The translations under genes and the position numbers were made by a program. A stretch of 64,000 nucleotides of DNA from Acidobacteriota bacterium (lineage in GTDB: Bacteria; Acidobacteriota; UBA6911), in NCBI GenBank assembly GCA_050011535.1, contig JBEKIX010000008.1:9099-73098 (forward strand). The letters are read 5' to 3'. The notes under the pieces are model-generated. The model searched no databases, was not told the DNA's origin, and saw only the letters and a program-made list of their open reading frames with translations. Numbering within the stretch: position 1 is the stretch's first letter; each line of letters opens with the position of its first letter. This document shows positions 51,958 to 60,794 of this stretch, piece after piece.

Positions 51958-54197
51958 TGATGAAGCGGCGGATAAACGCAGTGGAGCGCGAATCCAATCC
52001 CGCGTTCTTCTGCGTTTGTCGGCGGCCTGGCCTTTGTCTTCTGCTCCTTGTGGCGGCCCTCCTGAACGCATCCTCCGCGCCGGCCGCCCCACGCAACCCT
52101 CCGAAGGTAGGTTTGGTGCTCAGTGGAGGCGGAGCCCGAGGCGCCGCGCACATCGGCGTGCTGAAAGTTTTTGAGCGCGAGGGTATCCCCATTGATTGCA
52201 TCGCCGGCACCAGCTTCGGCGCGCTCGTGGGCGGGTTGTACGCGCTTGGCTACAAAGCCGCGGAAATCGAGCAGATCTTCACAAAAGAGGGCTGGACATC
52301 CGTTTTCAGCAACCAGCCCGACATGTCCCTCGCTCCCTTGCTGGCGCAAGTCCGAGCCCGCTATCAAGGGGAACTCTATTTTCGCGGATGGATCCTGGAG
52401 CTGCCCGGCGGGCTTCTCGCAGGCCAGCGGCTGGTGGAAATTCTCGACCGCCTCACAACCGAGCGCACGATCGCGGCGGGCTTCGATTTCGACAAGCTGG
52501 TTATTCCCTTTCGCGCCGTGGCCACCGACCTCGTTTCCGGCAATCGGTACGTGTTTCGCGACGGGTCCATGACCGACTCCATTCGCGCGTCGATCGCCGC
52601 CCCTCCTCTGTTCACGCCGGTCGAAAAAGACGGGATGCTGCTTGCAGACGGGGGGCTGGTCGACAACCTCCCCACCGATGTCGCGCGCGACATGGGCGCC
52701 GATATCGTGATTGCGGTCGATGTGACTTCTCCCTTGTTGGAAAAGGAACAAATCAAGACGTTCATCGACGTCCTGGACCAATCCATCGGCCTTCAGATGC
52801 AGCACAGCGTGGAGAGCAACCGCAAGCTTGCAAACCTCGTTCTGCGGCCGGACCTTAAGCAGTACACGGGAATCGACTATACCGGAATTTCCCAGATAAT
52901 CCAGATCGGCGCCGACGAAGCGGAAAAACAGCTGCCGGCCCTGAAGTCTCTCCTCGCAGGTGTGCCTGGACGGCCTTCCCGGCCGCTCGTGATGGGCGTC
53001 ACCCCGACGATCGCATCGGTTTCGTTTGAAGGGCTCAAGGCCATCCCGGCCACTCAGCTTCGCAACGCCGTGAAGGCGCGAGCCGGCCAGCCATTGGACA
53101 TCAACGTCCTGGAAAAAGACCTGAGCCGGCTGTACGCTACATCCCTGTTCGACCAGGTCGATTTTCACCTGGCACCCGCCGGGAATAATGCATATAGCCT
53201 TACCTATACCCTGCGGGAATACCCTTTGTACACTCTGGGCGCCGCCATTCGGTACGATCCCGATTATGGCCTGGTTGCCCTGGGCGAGGTGCGTGCACGC
53301 CAGCTCTTTCACACTCCTTCGACGCTCACCATTTCGAGCCAGTTCGGCGGTCTCGACAGCGACTTTGCCCGCCTGCAGTATGTTCCCTTCCCTCAATTGC
53401 CTTTTTTCTACCTCGCACCTGAGGTGCATCTCGATCGGCGCGAGTATCTGGACATTCAGAACGAAACCATGGTGGATAAGTTCACAAACCGGCAGATCGG
53501 CGGCCAATTGATGGTCGGCACGGTGTTCAAACGATCGGAGATCGAGGCGGGCTATCAGGTCGACCACGCATCCATCACGGGCGGCACTGCACCCAATCGC
53601 CAGGAAGGCGCTGCCAAGTTGAGAGGGCTCAGGTTTAACTTGAATCACAACACGCTCGACGCGCAGCTCTTTCCTGCCAGGGGAACGCTGTTGTCCGCGC
53701 GAATCGACGAGCGCGAAAAGATGTTCGGCAGCGATTTCAGCTTCACTAAATACGCACTTGATTTCAGGCGCTATTTCCCGGTTTCGAAAAGGTCAACGGT
53801 GCAGATCTACTTTTCCGCGGGTCACGAACGCGGGTCGGTTCCGTTTTACGAACGGTTTTATCTGGGCGGTTTCAACGTGTCCGATGGGGGGCCACGTCAT
53901 CTCATCGGATTCGGTTTCGATGAGCTGCCTGCAAAGCAGATGGGAATCGCCGCGATTGCGTACCGCTACCAGTGGCTCACCCACCCGCTCGGATTTGTAA
54001 ATAGCGGATACCTTACCGGATATTTCAACGCAGCTTCCGTCAGCGACCGTGCGACCACGCCGTACGATTTCAATCTATATCAGGGAGGCGGCGCTGAATT
54101 AGCCTTCAACACGCTGATCGGCCCGATGCGCTTTGCCGGAGGATGGGGCGAGGGCGGCCGCTACAATTTCTATTTCACCTTCGGCCCCGCCTTCTGA
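51954..54197 (+). CDS. Patatin-like phospholipase fused to POTRA and Omp85-type barrel (PlpD/type Vd-like)
   Basis: Signal-like N-terminus; SGGGARG, GTSFG and DGG motifs; POTRA ([19 protein letters not shown]); beta-barrel ending YFTFGPAF. Confidence 0.88.
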   Translation: MMMKRRINAVERESNPAFFCVCRRPGLCLLLLVAALLNASSAPAAPRNPPKVGLVLSGGGARGAAHIGVLKVFEREGIPIDCIAGTSFGALVGGLYALGYKAAEIEQIFTKEGWTSVFSNQPDMSLAPLLAQVRARYQGELYFRGWILELPGGLLAGQRLVEILDRLTTERTIAAGFDFDKLVIPFRAVATDLVSGNRYVFRDGSMTDSIRASIAAPPLFTPVEKDGMLLADGGLVDNLPTDVARDMGADIVIAVDVTSPLLEKEQIKTFIDVLDQSIGLQMQHSVESNRKLANLVLRPDLKQYTGIDYTGISQIIQIGADEAEKQLPALKSLLAGVPGRPSRPLVMGVTPTIASVSFEGLKAIPATQLRNAVKARAGQPLDINVLEKDLSRLYATSLFDQVDFHLAPAGNNAYSLTYTLREYPLYTLGAAIRYDPDYGLVALGEVRARQLFHTPSTLTISSQFGGLDSDFARLQYVPFPQLPFFYLAPEVHLDRREYLDIQNETMVDKFTNRQIGGQLMVGTVFKRSEIEAGYQVDHASITGGTAPNRQEGAAKLRGLRFNLNHNTLDAQLFPARGTLLSARIDEREKMFGSDFSFTKYALDFRRYFPVSKRSTVQIYFSAGHERGSVPFYERFYLGGFNVSDGGPRHLIGFGFDELPAKQMGIAAIAYRYQWLTHPLGFVNSGYLTGYFNAASVSDRATTPYDFNLYQGGGAELAFNTLIGPMRFAGGWGEGGRYNFYFTFGPAF

Positions 54198-54207
54198 AGA
54201 GCGTAAC

Positions 54208-54295
54208 TGACGGAGCCTGGAGTCAAACGCCACTCAATCAGCTCAACATCGGGGCAAACCGGCGCTGGGAGCGCTTTTGACTCCAGGCTCCGTCA
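54208..54295. repeat. Perfect 20-bp inverted repeat with 48-bp spacer (MITE-like or long hairpin)
   Basis: TGACGGAGCCTGGAGTCAAA (54208-54227) and TTTGACTCCAGGCTCCGTCA (54276-54295) between convergent genes. Confidence 0.85.
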
Positions 54296-55030
54296 ATGGA
54301 TGGTGGGTTTTTTCTCGTCCTCAATCTTGTGTCGCAGTTCGGAGTAATACACCTCGAACTGGCGTTTGAGTTCCTCGCGGCGCCGGCGGGAATGAAACTC
54401 CTCGTATCGGTGAAACCAGTCGTGCCCCTTGAGGAAAACATAGCCGACCAGGATGCCGCCCAGGTGGGCAATGTTCGAGACTCCCGGAGCGCTGCCGGTA
54501 ATCGACGAGAGGAAGGCAAGAACTCCCATGAAGAGCACGAGCCACTTGACTTTGATGGGGAACAGAAAATAGAGATATACCAGCCGCTCGGGGTAAAGAA
54601 GACCATAGGCGAGCAACAACCCGTAGATCGCGCCGGAAGCTCCGATCGTCACGGTCAGCGCGTTCACCCCAACGATGTAGGAACAGAGCCCGGCGCCGAT
54701 GCCGGTGACAAAATAATAGGTGAGAAAGCGTTTCGGTCCCCAGACTCGTTCCAGGTCGTTGCCGAACATGTAGAGCGTAAACATATTGATGAAGATGTGG
54801 AAGAATCCGTCGTGCAGGAACATGTAGCTGAGGAGTTGCCAGAGCATGAACTCATGAGTGATGCGCCATGGAATCAGCCCGAAGTATAAATCAATAAAGT
54901 TGACGCCCGCGGCACGGGTGAGTATCTGGAGAACCCACACTACAACATTGATGGTGATCAGCGTTTTGACCGACTTTGTTATCGGGCCCCCGAAAAAAGC
55001 CGACGGGGAATTGGAATAATAGTAAGCCAT
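54293..55030 (-). CDS. Rhomboid family intramembrane serine protease
   Basis: WQLLSYMFLH, HIFINM, GASG (catalytic Ser), AHLGG (catalytic His). Confidence 0.95.
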   Translation of the reverse strand: MAYYYSNSPSAFFGGPITKSVKTLITINVVVWVLQILTRAAGVNFIDLYFGLIPWRITHEFMLWQLLSYMFLHDGFFHIFINMFTLYMFGNDLERVWGPKRFLTYYFVTGIGAGLCSYIVGVNALTVTIGASGAIYGLLLAYGLLYPERLVYLYFLFPIKVKWLVLFMGVLAFLSSITGSAPGVSNIAHLGGILVGYVFLKGHDWFHRYEEFHSRRRREELKRQFEVYYSELRHKIEDEKKPTIH

Positions 55031-55278
55031 CGATCAATATTAGGAGAATCTCCGGGCGAATTCAACCTGCGATCGCCGATGTCGCGGACATACTCGAGCA
55101 CCCGATGTGTTAATAATTTCAACACGATGCGGGCATGCAAAAGACTCGCCCCTCCAGATCCAATTTGATCGCTTGGCAGAATCGGCGGCAGTATTTCGTG
55201 ACCCTGGTTCCACCCTGCGACCCATGGAAATGATGTAGAATGTGTTATTGAAACTGTTTTGGCACATTCAAGAGCAGC

Positions 55279-55321
55279 CACAGATTTCACAGATTCCACA
55301 GAAAAATCAGTGGAATCTGTG
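55279..55321. repeat. 9-nt-unit palindromic repeat
   Basis: CACAGATTT CACAGATTC CACAGA aaaa TCAGTG GAATCTGTG; the halves are largely complementary. Confidence 0.7.
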
Positions 55322-55380
55322 CTACTAACCCGCGAATTTTTTGCGAGAAGGCAGAGATTTTTAGCGGCCACGTCGAAGCC

Positions 55381-55449
55381 AAATTCGAGATTCAATATTC
55401 TCAATCTCGAATCTCGAATCTCGAATCTCGAATCTCGAATCTCGAATTT
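55381..55449. repeat. Heptamer tandem repeat (AATCTCG)6 with an upstream inverted copy
   Basis: Six perfect AATCTCG units at 55403-55444; AAATTCGAGATTC at 55381-55393 is the reverse complement of the array end. Confidence 0.9.
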
Positions 55450-55476
55450 TGTAATGCCAGAAAGGGCGGACGGTTC

Positions 55477-56232
55477 ATGAGACACGACGGACGACAACCT
55501 GATTCCATGCGGGAAATCCGAATTGAGCTGGACTACACCAAACATGCCGAGGGGTCGGTGCTGATCGCCGTCGGCGACACCAAGGTATTGTGCAACTGCA
55601 GCATCGAGGACAAGGTGCCGCCGTTCCTCTATCAGGCAAACCAGGGTTGGGTTACGGCTGAATATGGAATGGTGCCCCGTTCGACCAACACCCGTACTCC
55701 GCGCGAGGCGGCCCGCGGCAAGCAGTCCGGCCGCACGGTGGAGATTCAGCGCCTGATCGGCCGGACGCTGCGCAGCGTGGTCAATCTCTCGATGCTGGGA
55801 ATCCGCAGCCTGCTGATCGATTGCGATGTGCTTCAGGCGGATGGAGGCACGCGCACGGCGTCCATCAACGGCGCATTTCTCGCACTGGCGCTCGCAATCC
55901 ACCGGCTATTGGACAAGAAGCTTCTCGAGTATTCGCCGCTCATCGATTTCGTTGCGGCCACGAGCGTCGGCATCATCGGCGAGATCCCCTGCCTCGACCT
56001 GAATTATGAAGAGGATTCGCGGGCAGCCGTGGACATGAATCTGGTCATGACCGGAAACGGGCGGTTTGTCGAGATCCAGGGAACGGCCGAAAAACAGCCC
56101 TTTACGGCAGAGCAGCTTCGGGTCATGCTCGGGCTCGGCGCCCTTGGAATCAAACAGTTGATAGAGGCCCAGAAATCTGCCCTGGAGGGGCGCGGAATCA
56201 ACCTTTCCCGCCTTGGCCTGAACAAAGTGTGA
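55477..56232 (+). CDS. rph: Ribonuclease PH
   Basis: [38 protein letters not shown]. Confidence 0.98.
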   Translation: MRHDGRQPDSMREIRIELDYTKHAEGSVLIAVGDTKVLCNCSIEDKVPPFLYQANQGWVTAEYGMVPRSTNTRTPREAARGKQSGRTVEIQRLIGRTLRSVVNLSMLGIRSLLIDCDVLQADGGTRTASINGAFLALALAIHRLLDKKLLEYSPLIDFVAATSVGIIGEIPCLDLNYEEDSRAAVDMNLVMTGNGRFVEIQGTAEKQPFTAEQLRVMLGLGALGIKQLIEAQKSALEGRGINLSRLGLNKV

Positions 56233-56238
56233 CGCTGC

Positions 56239-56883
56239 ATGAAAATGCAAGACACAGCCACCACGATGGTCCTGGCCACCCACAACCGAGGCAAGATGCG
56301 CGAATTTCGCTTTCTGCTGGAGCCGCACGGCTGGCAGGTACTGGGACTGGATGACATCGGCATTAAGAAAGACGTAGCGGAAACAGGTGCGTCGTTTGGG
56401 GACAACGCCCGATTGAAGGCTGTTGCGTATTCTCTGAATACGGATCTGCCCGTGCTCGCCGATGATTCGGGTCTCGAGGTCCTCGCGCTCGCCGGCAGGC
56501 CAGGAATCCAATCGGCGCGCTACGCGGGACCGCACGCCTCTGACTCGGATCGCATGCTCAAGCTGTTACTCGAGCTCAAGCAGTCGGGCGGCGCGCGCAC
56601 CGCGCGGTTTGTCTGCGCACTGGCCCTGGCCCAGTCGGGGGCGGTTGTACTCGAAACCGAAGGCGAGTGCCGCGGCGAGATCGCATGCGAGCCCAAGGGA
56701 AACAACGGTTTTGGATTCGACCCGATTTTCTTCATTCCCGAGCTGGGGCGAACCTATGCGCAGTTGGACGAAGAAGAGAAGAATCGCTGCAGCCACCGCG
56801 CGCGTGCTGTCGCGGCCTTGCTTGCGGGATTGCAAAGCCACGCCGAAAAAAGGTGCCTGTCGCCGGATTTCCAGCTAGAATAA
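56239..56883 (+). CDS. rdgB: Non-canonical purine NTP pyrophosphatase (RdgB/HAM1)
   Basis: LATHNRGK, ADDSGL, SARYAG, GFGFDPIF, KNRCSHR. Confidence 0.96.
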   Translation: MKMQDTATTMVLATHNRGKMREFRFLLEPHGWQVLGLDDIGIKKDVAETGASFGDNARLKAVAYSLNTDLPVLADDSGLEVLALAGRPGIQSARYAGPHASDSDRMLKLLLELKQSGGARTARFVCALALAQSGAVVLETEGECRGEIACEPKGNNGFGFDPIFFIPELGRTYAQLDEEEKNRCSHRARAVAALLAGLQSHAEKRCLSPDFQLE

Positions 56884-56899
56884 TGGCCTCGTCACCGGT

Positions 56900-56976
56900 C
56901 GGGGCATAGCGCAGCCTGGTAGCGCGCCTGCCTTGGGCGCAGGAGGTCTCCAGTTCAAATCTGGATGCCCCGACCA
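56900..56976 (+). tRNA. tRNA-Pro (anticodon TGG)
   Basis: Acceptor stem CGGGGCA/TGCCCCG, anticodon arm CCTGC-CTTGGGC-GCAGG, T-loop TTCAAAT, encoded CCA. Confidence 0.96.
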
Positions 56977-57153
56977 AGAGGGTCCGGCACACAGAGCCGG
57001 TTCTTACGATCTCATCCGGCGAGCTTCGCGACATAAATCTGCCCCCAGAGGATTGCATGGTTCGGCGTTGGCAGTGAACGGAAAACAAATGCCCAGTTCC
57101 GCGAGAGCGCAGGCCCGGAAAACCCGGGCCCAGCGCCTTCGCGGCAGCATCAA

Positions 57154-57759
57154 TCACTTTTTAACAGGAGTCAGTTTGCCAAATCCCATCATGGAGGCTC
57201 CCCCATGGAATCCCGCCGGTCCTGCGCCCGGTCCGCCACGTCCGCCCGGTCCTCCACCCGGCCCTCCCGGTCCTCCGGCGAGGGACTGAATCAGTTGCAC
57301 AAGGCTGTCGGCCCCGAGCTTCTGCTGCAAAAGGCTCAACTGGCCATTCTGCAACACATTTGCGACGCCGACGGAAAATGTCACCAGTGCTTGCATTCTT
57401 GCAAGATCCTGGGCCGCCTGTTCCGACGTAAGGGTCTGAATCAGGGCCGCCGCGCCAGTCGCATTGCCGGCGAGAATGTAATTGTCATAGGCAACGCGGG
57501 CCGCGCTCACGGTGGGCGCTGTTGCCGTATGGAAGTCTGTGATCAGGGTCTGAATCTGAGTTGCTTGATCGGACGTGAGCGCACTCGCGGCAGCATCCGC
57601 TAGGGGGGCTTTCAGAGAGCGCAGCATATCCGGAGCCTGAGCGGAGCCGCTCACATCCATTGGACGCTGCGCGAGCAGCGTTCCAGACATAACGGCCCCC
57701 ACAAATAAGACAATCGCCACCATAACCATAAAACCGGTACGTTTCGTTTCTTTCGACAT
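57154..57759 (-). CDS. Secreted helical protein, Spy/CpxP-like, with Gly/Pro-rich tail
   Basis: Signal peptide; LTSDQ and VLQNGQ are LTxxQ-like; GPGG repeats; divergent from the RR-HK pair. Confidence 0.65.
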   Translation of the reverse strand: MSKETKRTGFMVMVAIVLFVGAVMSGTLLAQRPMDVSGSAQAPDMLRSLKAPLADAAASALTSDQATQIQTLITDFHTATAPTVSAARVAYDNYILAGNATGAAALIQTLTSEQAAQDLARMQALVTFSVGVANVLQNGQLSLLQQKLGADSLVQLIQSLAGGPGGPGGGPGGRGGPGAGPAGFHGGASMMGFGKLTPVKK

Positions 57760-57906
57760 AGCATGCTCCTTACCAAAACACGAATGGAGTTTTCATCATA
57801 CTTTGGATCGAGAGCGTCACTACCAGGCCGGCGCGATCTCAATCCAACAACGAAATCAAAGATACTTCGCGATAGTTAAGGGGTTATGTAAGCGGGCAGG
57901 AATTTT

Positions 57907-57922
57907 GTAAAGGGTTGGTAAA
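57907..57922. promoter_or_regulatory. Candidate OmpR/CpxR-type binding site GTAAA-N6-GTAAA
   Basis: Direct repeat in the divergent promoter; resembles the E. coli CpxR box GTAAA-N5-GTAAA. Confidence 0.45.
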
Positions 57923-57968
57923 AGCGCCGTGCGTTTGCGCGGCGTGCGCGCTACACTCACATTTGCAT

Positions 57969-58447
57969 ATGGACAATAAAAACAGCGCCGCCGAGCCAGG
58001 CTCGAACATACGCGTTCTGCTCGTGGACGACGATCCGAAGCTATGCCGCCTGGTGACTGATTATCTCAAGCCCATGGGATTCGATGTCAGCAGCGTGCAC
58101 GCCGGTCCGTCAGGCCTGGAGCAAGCCCTGCACGGCGCCTTTCAGGCTGTGATTCTCGATTGCATGCTGCCGGGAATGGATGGCTTTGAAGTGCTGCGCC
58201 AGCTGCGGCGCGCCTCGCAGGTGCCGGTTTTGATGCTGACGGCGCTGCACGCTCCGCCGAACGCATACTGAGCCGCGATCAGCTGCTGAATGCGATCAGC
58301 GGCCGCGATTACGAAGTCTTTGATCGCTCGATTGACGTGCACATCTCGGCGCTGCGCCGCAAGCTGGGCGATGACCCCAAGAAGCCGCAATTCATCAAGA
58401 CCGTGCGCTCTGCGGGCTATACCCTGCTTCGCGAAAATGAGGAGTGA
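57969..58447 (+). pseudogene. CpxR/OmpR-family response regulator with internal deletion and frameshift
   Basis: First frame reads VLLVDDD..ILDCMLP..PVLMLTA and stops at 58271; from 58247 another frame reads ARSAERILSRDQLL..FDRSIDVHISALRRKL..IKTVRSAGY; the middle of the gene is absent. Confidence 0.88.
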
Positions 58448-58453
58448 GTTCTC

Positions 58454-60004
58454 ATGCGGCCGCGTCTTTCACTCTTCACAAAGGTCCTGCTTCTCCTTCT
58501 TCTGAACCTGGTCGTGTTGGGCGCGGCGCTCGTTGTTTTCTTCAGCCTCCAGTTCCGGTTCGAGCCGGACTCACCTCTTTTTGCCGCTTCCAGAGGCCGT
58601 TTGGAATCCGTCGCGCGGCTGATTGACGACGAAATGCGCATGGCTGTCGAGGCCGAGCGCACCACCGTCCTGCGCCGCTACTCATCCACCTATCGCGTCG
58701 ACTTTCTGCTCTGCTCCAACAATGGCCGGAGGTTGGCCGGCGCGAATATCCCTTTGCCTGACGAGGTCATGCGGCATATGGTGGACGCGCCTCCGCGCCC
58801 CGGTCCGGGTCCCGGTCGCGGCCCTCGAAGCGATGCGTTGCCCCCGCGCCCCGAGCCGGATATGGGCGGACCGCCGCCGCCTCGCGGGCCGGGAAGCGAT
58901 GCGCCGCCTCGAGGCCCGTGGCCGGCAGGCAACCTGGCGCCCACGACGCCGCCGACGCAGCCTCCCTATCCGATCTTCACAGTGAAGACGACGAGTCCAA
59001 CTCGCTACTGGGCAGGCGTGCGACTTACCAACTTCTCACCGGGGCAGCCCGAACAGATACGCACCACATTGCTGGCCGTTTCCGATTCCATGTTCGGGCA
59101 CGGTCTTTTTTTCGATCCCTCACCCTGGATGCTTGTTGCCGGATCAGTGTTGGTACTTTCGATCCTCCTCTGGCTCCCTTTCGTGCGCGGGCTCACGGTG
59201 ACGGTCAAGCAGATCACTGCTGCAACCGAACAGATTGCCGAAGAACGTTTTGTCGTGCGCGTAAATGAAAAACGCCACGATGAGCTTGGGCGTTTAGGAG
59301 CGGCGATCAACCAACTGGCAGTGCGCCTGGCGGGTTTCGTCGGCGGCCAAAGACGCTTTCTCGGAGATATCTCGCACGAACTCAACTCGCCACTCGCGAG
59401 GATGCAACTCGCTCTTGGCATTCTCGAAGAGCGCGTGGATTCCGCGCATCTCGGCTACGTCGCGGATGCCCAGGAAGAGGTGCGCCTGATGTCCCAATTG
59501 GTCGAAGAGCTTTTGGCCTTCGCCAAGGCAGGCATGAGGACGGCAGAACTCAAACTCGTCAGCGTGCCGCTGCTGCCCTTGGTCAGGCGGATCTGCGCTC
59601 GCGAGGCCGCCAACTGCGAAACCAAAATCGAAATCGCTGAATCAGCCGCCGCACTTGCGCAGCCGGAGTTGCTCGCTCGAGCTCTAGCTAATGTGTTGCG
59701 CAATGCCGCGCGCTACGCCTCCGCAGGCGGGCCGATTACCATTACGGCCCAGCGCCATCAGGATGAGATCAAACTCATCATCGCTGACCACGGCCCCGGC
59801 GTTCCGCCCGAGTCTCTCAACCGCCTCTTTGATCCGTTTTACCGGCTCGAACCGGACCGCGCACGCGCCACAGGCGGTACAGGATTGGGGCTGGCGATCA
59901 CAAAAACCTGCATCGAAGCCTGTCATGGCACGGTGGCAGCGCGTAACCTCATCCCATCGGGTCTGGAGATCAGCATCACCTTGCCGACGGACGACTCATC
60001 GTAA
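58454..60004 (+). CDS. CpxA-like sensor histidine kinase with Pro-rich periplasmic insert
   Basis: Two TM helices, HAMP (RHDELGRL), DISHELNSPLARM, NVLRNAARY, DHGPG, GTGLGL. Confidence 0.93.
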   Translation: MRPRLSLFTKVLLLLLLNLVVLGAALVVFFSLQFRFEPDSPLFAASRGRLESVARLIDDEMRMAVEAERTTVLRRYSSTYRVDFLLCSNNGRRLAGANIPLPDEVMRHMVDAPPRPGPGPGRGPRSDALPPRPEPDMGGPPPPRGPGSDAPPRGPWPAGNLAPTTPPTQPPYPIFTVKTTSPTRYWAGVRLTNFSPGQPEQIRTTLLAVSDSMFGHGLFFDPSPWMLVAGSVLVLSILLWLPFVRGLTVTVKQITAATEQIAEERFVVRVNEKRHDELGRLGAAINQLAVRLAGFVGGQRRFLGDISHELNSPLARMQLALGILEERVDSAHLGYVADAQEEVRLMSQLVEELLAFAKAGMRTAELKLVSVPLLPLVRRICAREAANCETKIEIAESAAALAQPELLARALANVLRNAARYASAGGPITITAQRHQDEIKLIIADHGPGVPPESLNRLFDPFYRLEPDRARATGGTGLGLAITKTCIEACHGTVAARNLIPSGLEISITLPTDDSS

Positions 60005-60030
60005 TCCGCAGTTGAGCGGGAGCGCACATA

Positions 60031-60324
60031 TCATCGATAGGTGTCCTCCCGCCGCAGGCCACAATAGTTGAACTCAATTTCTTGCCGCTTGTCCCAGATA
60101 TCATACCGAAATCGCCACCGGCCTATCCGGAGGCGATACTGGCCATTTCCGGGGTTGATGCCTCGGAGCTTTCTTATGGGATGGCTGCGGCTGAGGTTGT
60201 GGGGATCGGTTTTGAGAATGGCGATTGCAGATTCGAAGATCTCAGGCAGTTCCGGGTGCTGCTGAGCAAGCTTGGCAAGCAGTCGGTCAAAGAGCGACGT
60301 GGTGAGAACGCTAAACGTCTTCAT
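60031..60324 (-). CDS. RelE/ParE superfamily type II toxin
   Basis: 97 aa, basic; IRKLRG..YRLRIGRWRFRYDI..R..TY pattern; ATGA overlap with the antitoxin. Confidence 0.8.
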   Translation of the reverse strand: MKTFSVLTTSLFDRLLAKLAQQHPELPEIFESAIAILKTDPHNLSRSHPIRKLRGINPGNGQYRLRIGRWRFRYDIWDKRQEIEFNYCGLRREDTYR

Positions 60325-60641
60325 ACCTTGGCGCGTTTACGGCGCTTGGTCTTTTCCGGTGCTTGCTGCTTGAGCTGGGCGAGGAGTTCTTCGGCCGGCC
60401 GGGTATGACCGGCAACGTAGTCTTTGTGGCTCTCGGCGATGAATTCCTTGACCGTGGGATTCTGGAGTTCCAAATAGTCCTCCAGTTCATCGGCATCCAT
60501 GATGCCAACAACAGGGATGCCGTCTTTCTCCAAAATGAAGTACTCATTGTTGAGGTGCGCGCGCTTAGCCAACTGGCCGAGATTGATACGCGCTTTGGTA
60601 ATGGGAATGCGACTTACCACAAGGCTGGCGGGTTTTCTCAA
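60321..60641 (-). CDS. Phd/YefM family antitoxin
   Basis: IPITKARINLGQL..FILEKDGIPVVGIM..DELEDYLEL; TTG start with AAGGAG RBS. Confidence 0.82.
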   Translation of the reverse strand: MRKPASLVVSRIPITKARINLGQLAKRAHLNNEYFILEKDGIPVVGIMDADELEDYLELQNPTVKEFIAESHKDYVAGHTRPAEELLAQLKQQAPEKTKRRKRAKV

Positions 60642-60658
60642 GGAGATCTCCTTGCTAA

Positions 60659-60704
60659 TTGATTAACGTTGATTAAAGTATGGCAGACAGGCTGGAAATG
60701 TCAA
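60659..60704 (-). promoter_or_regulatory. TA operon promoter with candidate operator
   Basis: TTGACA-N16-CATACT on the minus strand; tandem TTGATTAA-CG-TTGATTAA (60659-60676) just downstream of the -10. Confidence 0.6.
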
Positions 60705-60794
60705 GTCAGCAGGCGACAGACACCCCGAAATTTTGGTAGTATCCTTCGGCAACCAGCAGAACTCACAATTCTGTGACATTACGGGGGGATAAAC

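Noticed and set aside
55381-55449. Repeat arrays here and at 35274-35307 as CRISPR
   Set aside because: Units are 7-10 nt with no unique spacers and no cas genes; the second array is an MraZ box.
55259-55480. 73-aa ORF with LESRISN repeats overlapping the rph start
   Set aside because: The peptide repeat is just the translated heptamer DNA repeat; no other coding signal.
58240-58275. Programmed frameshift restoring the response regulator
   Set aside because: No slippery sequence, and the joined product would still lack the end of the receiver domain and the linker.
56977-60000. Prophage or integrative element at tRNA-Pro
   Set aside because: No integrase, phage genes or att duplication seen in the window.
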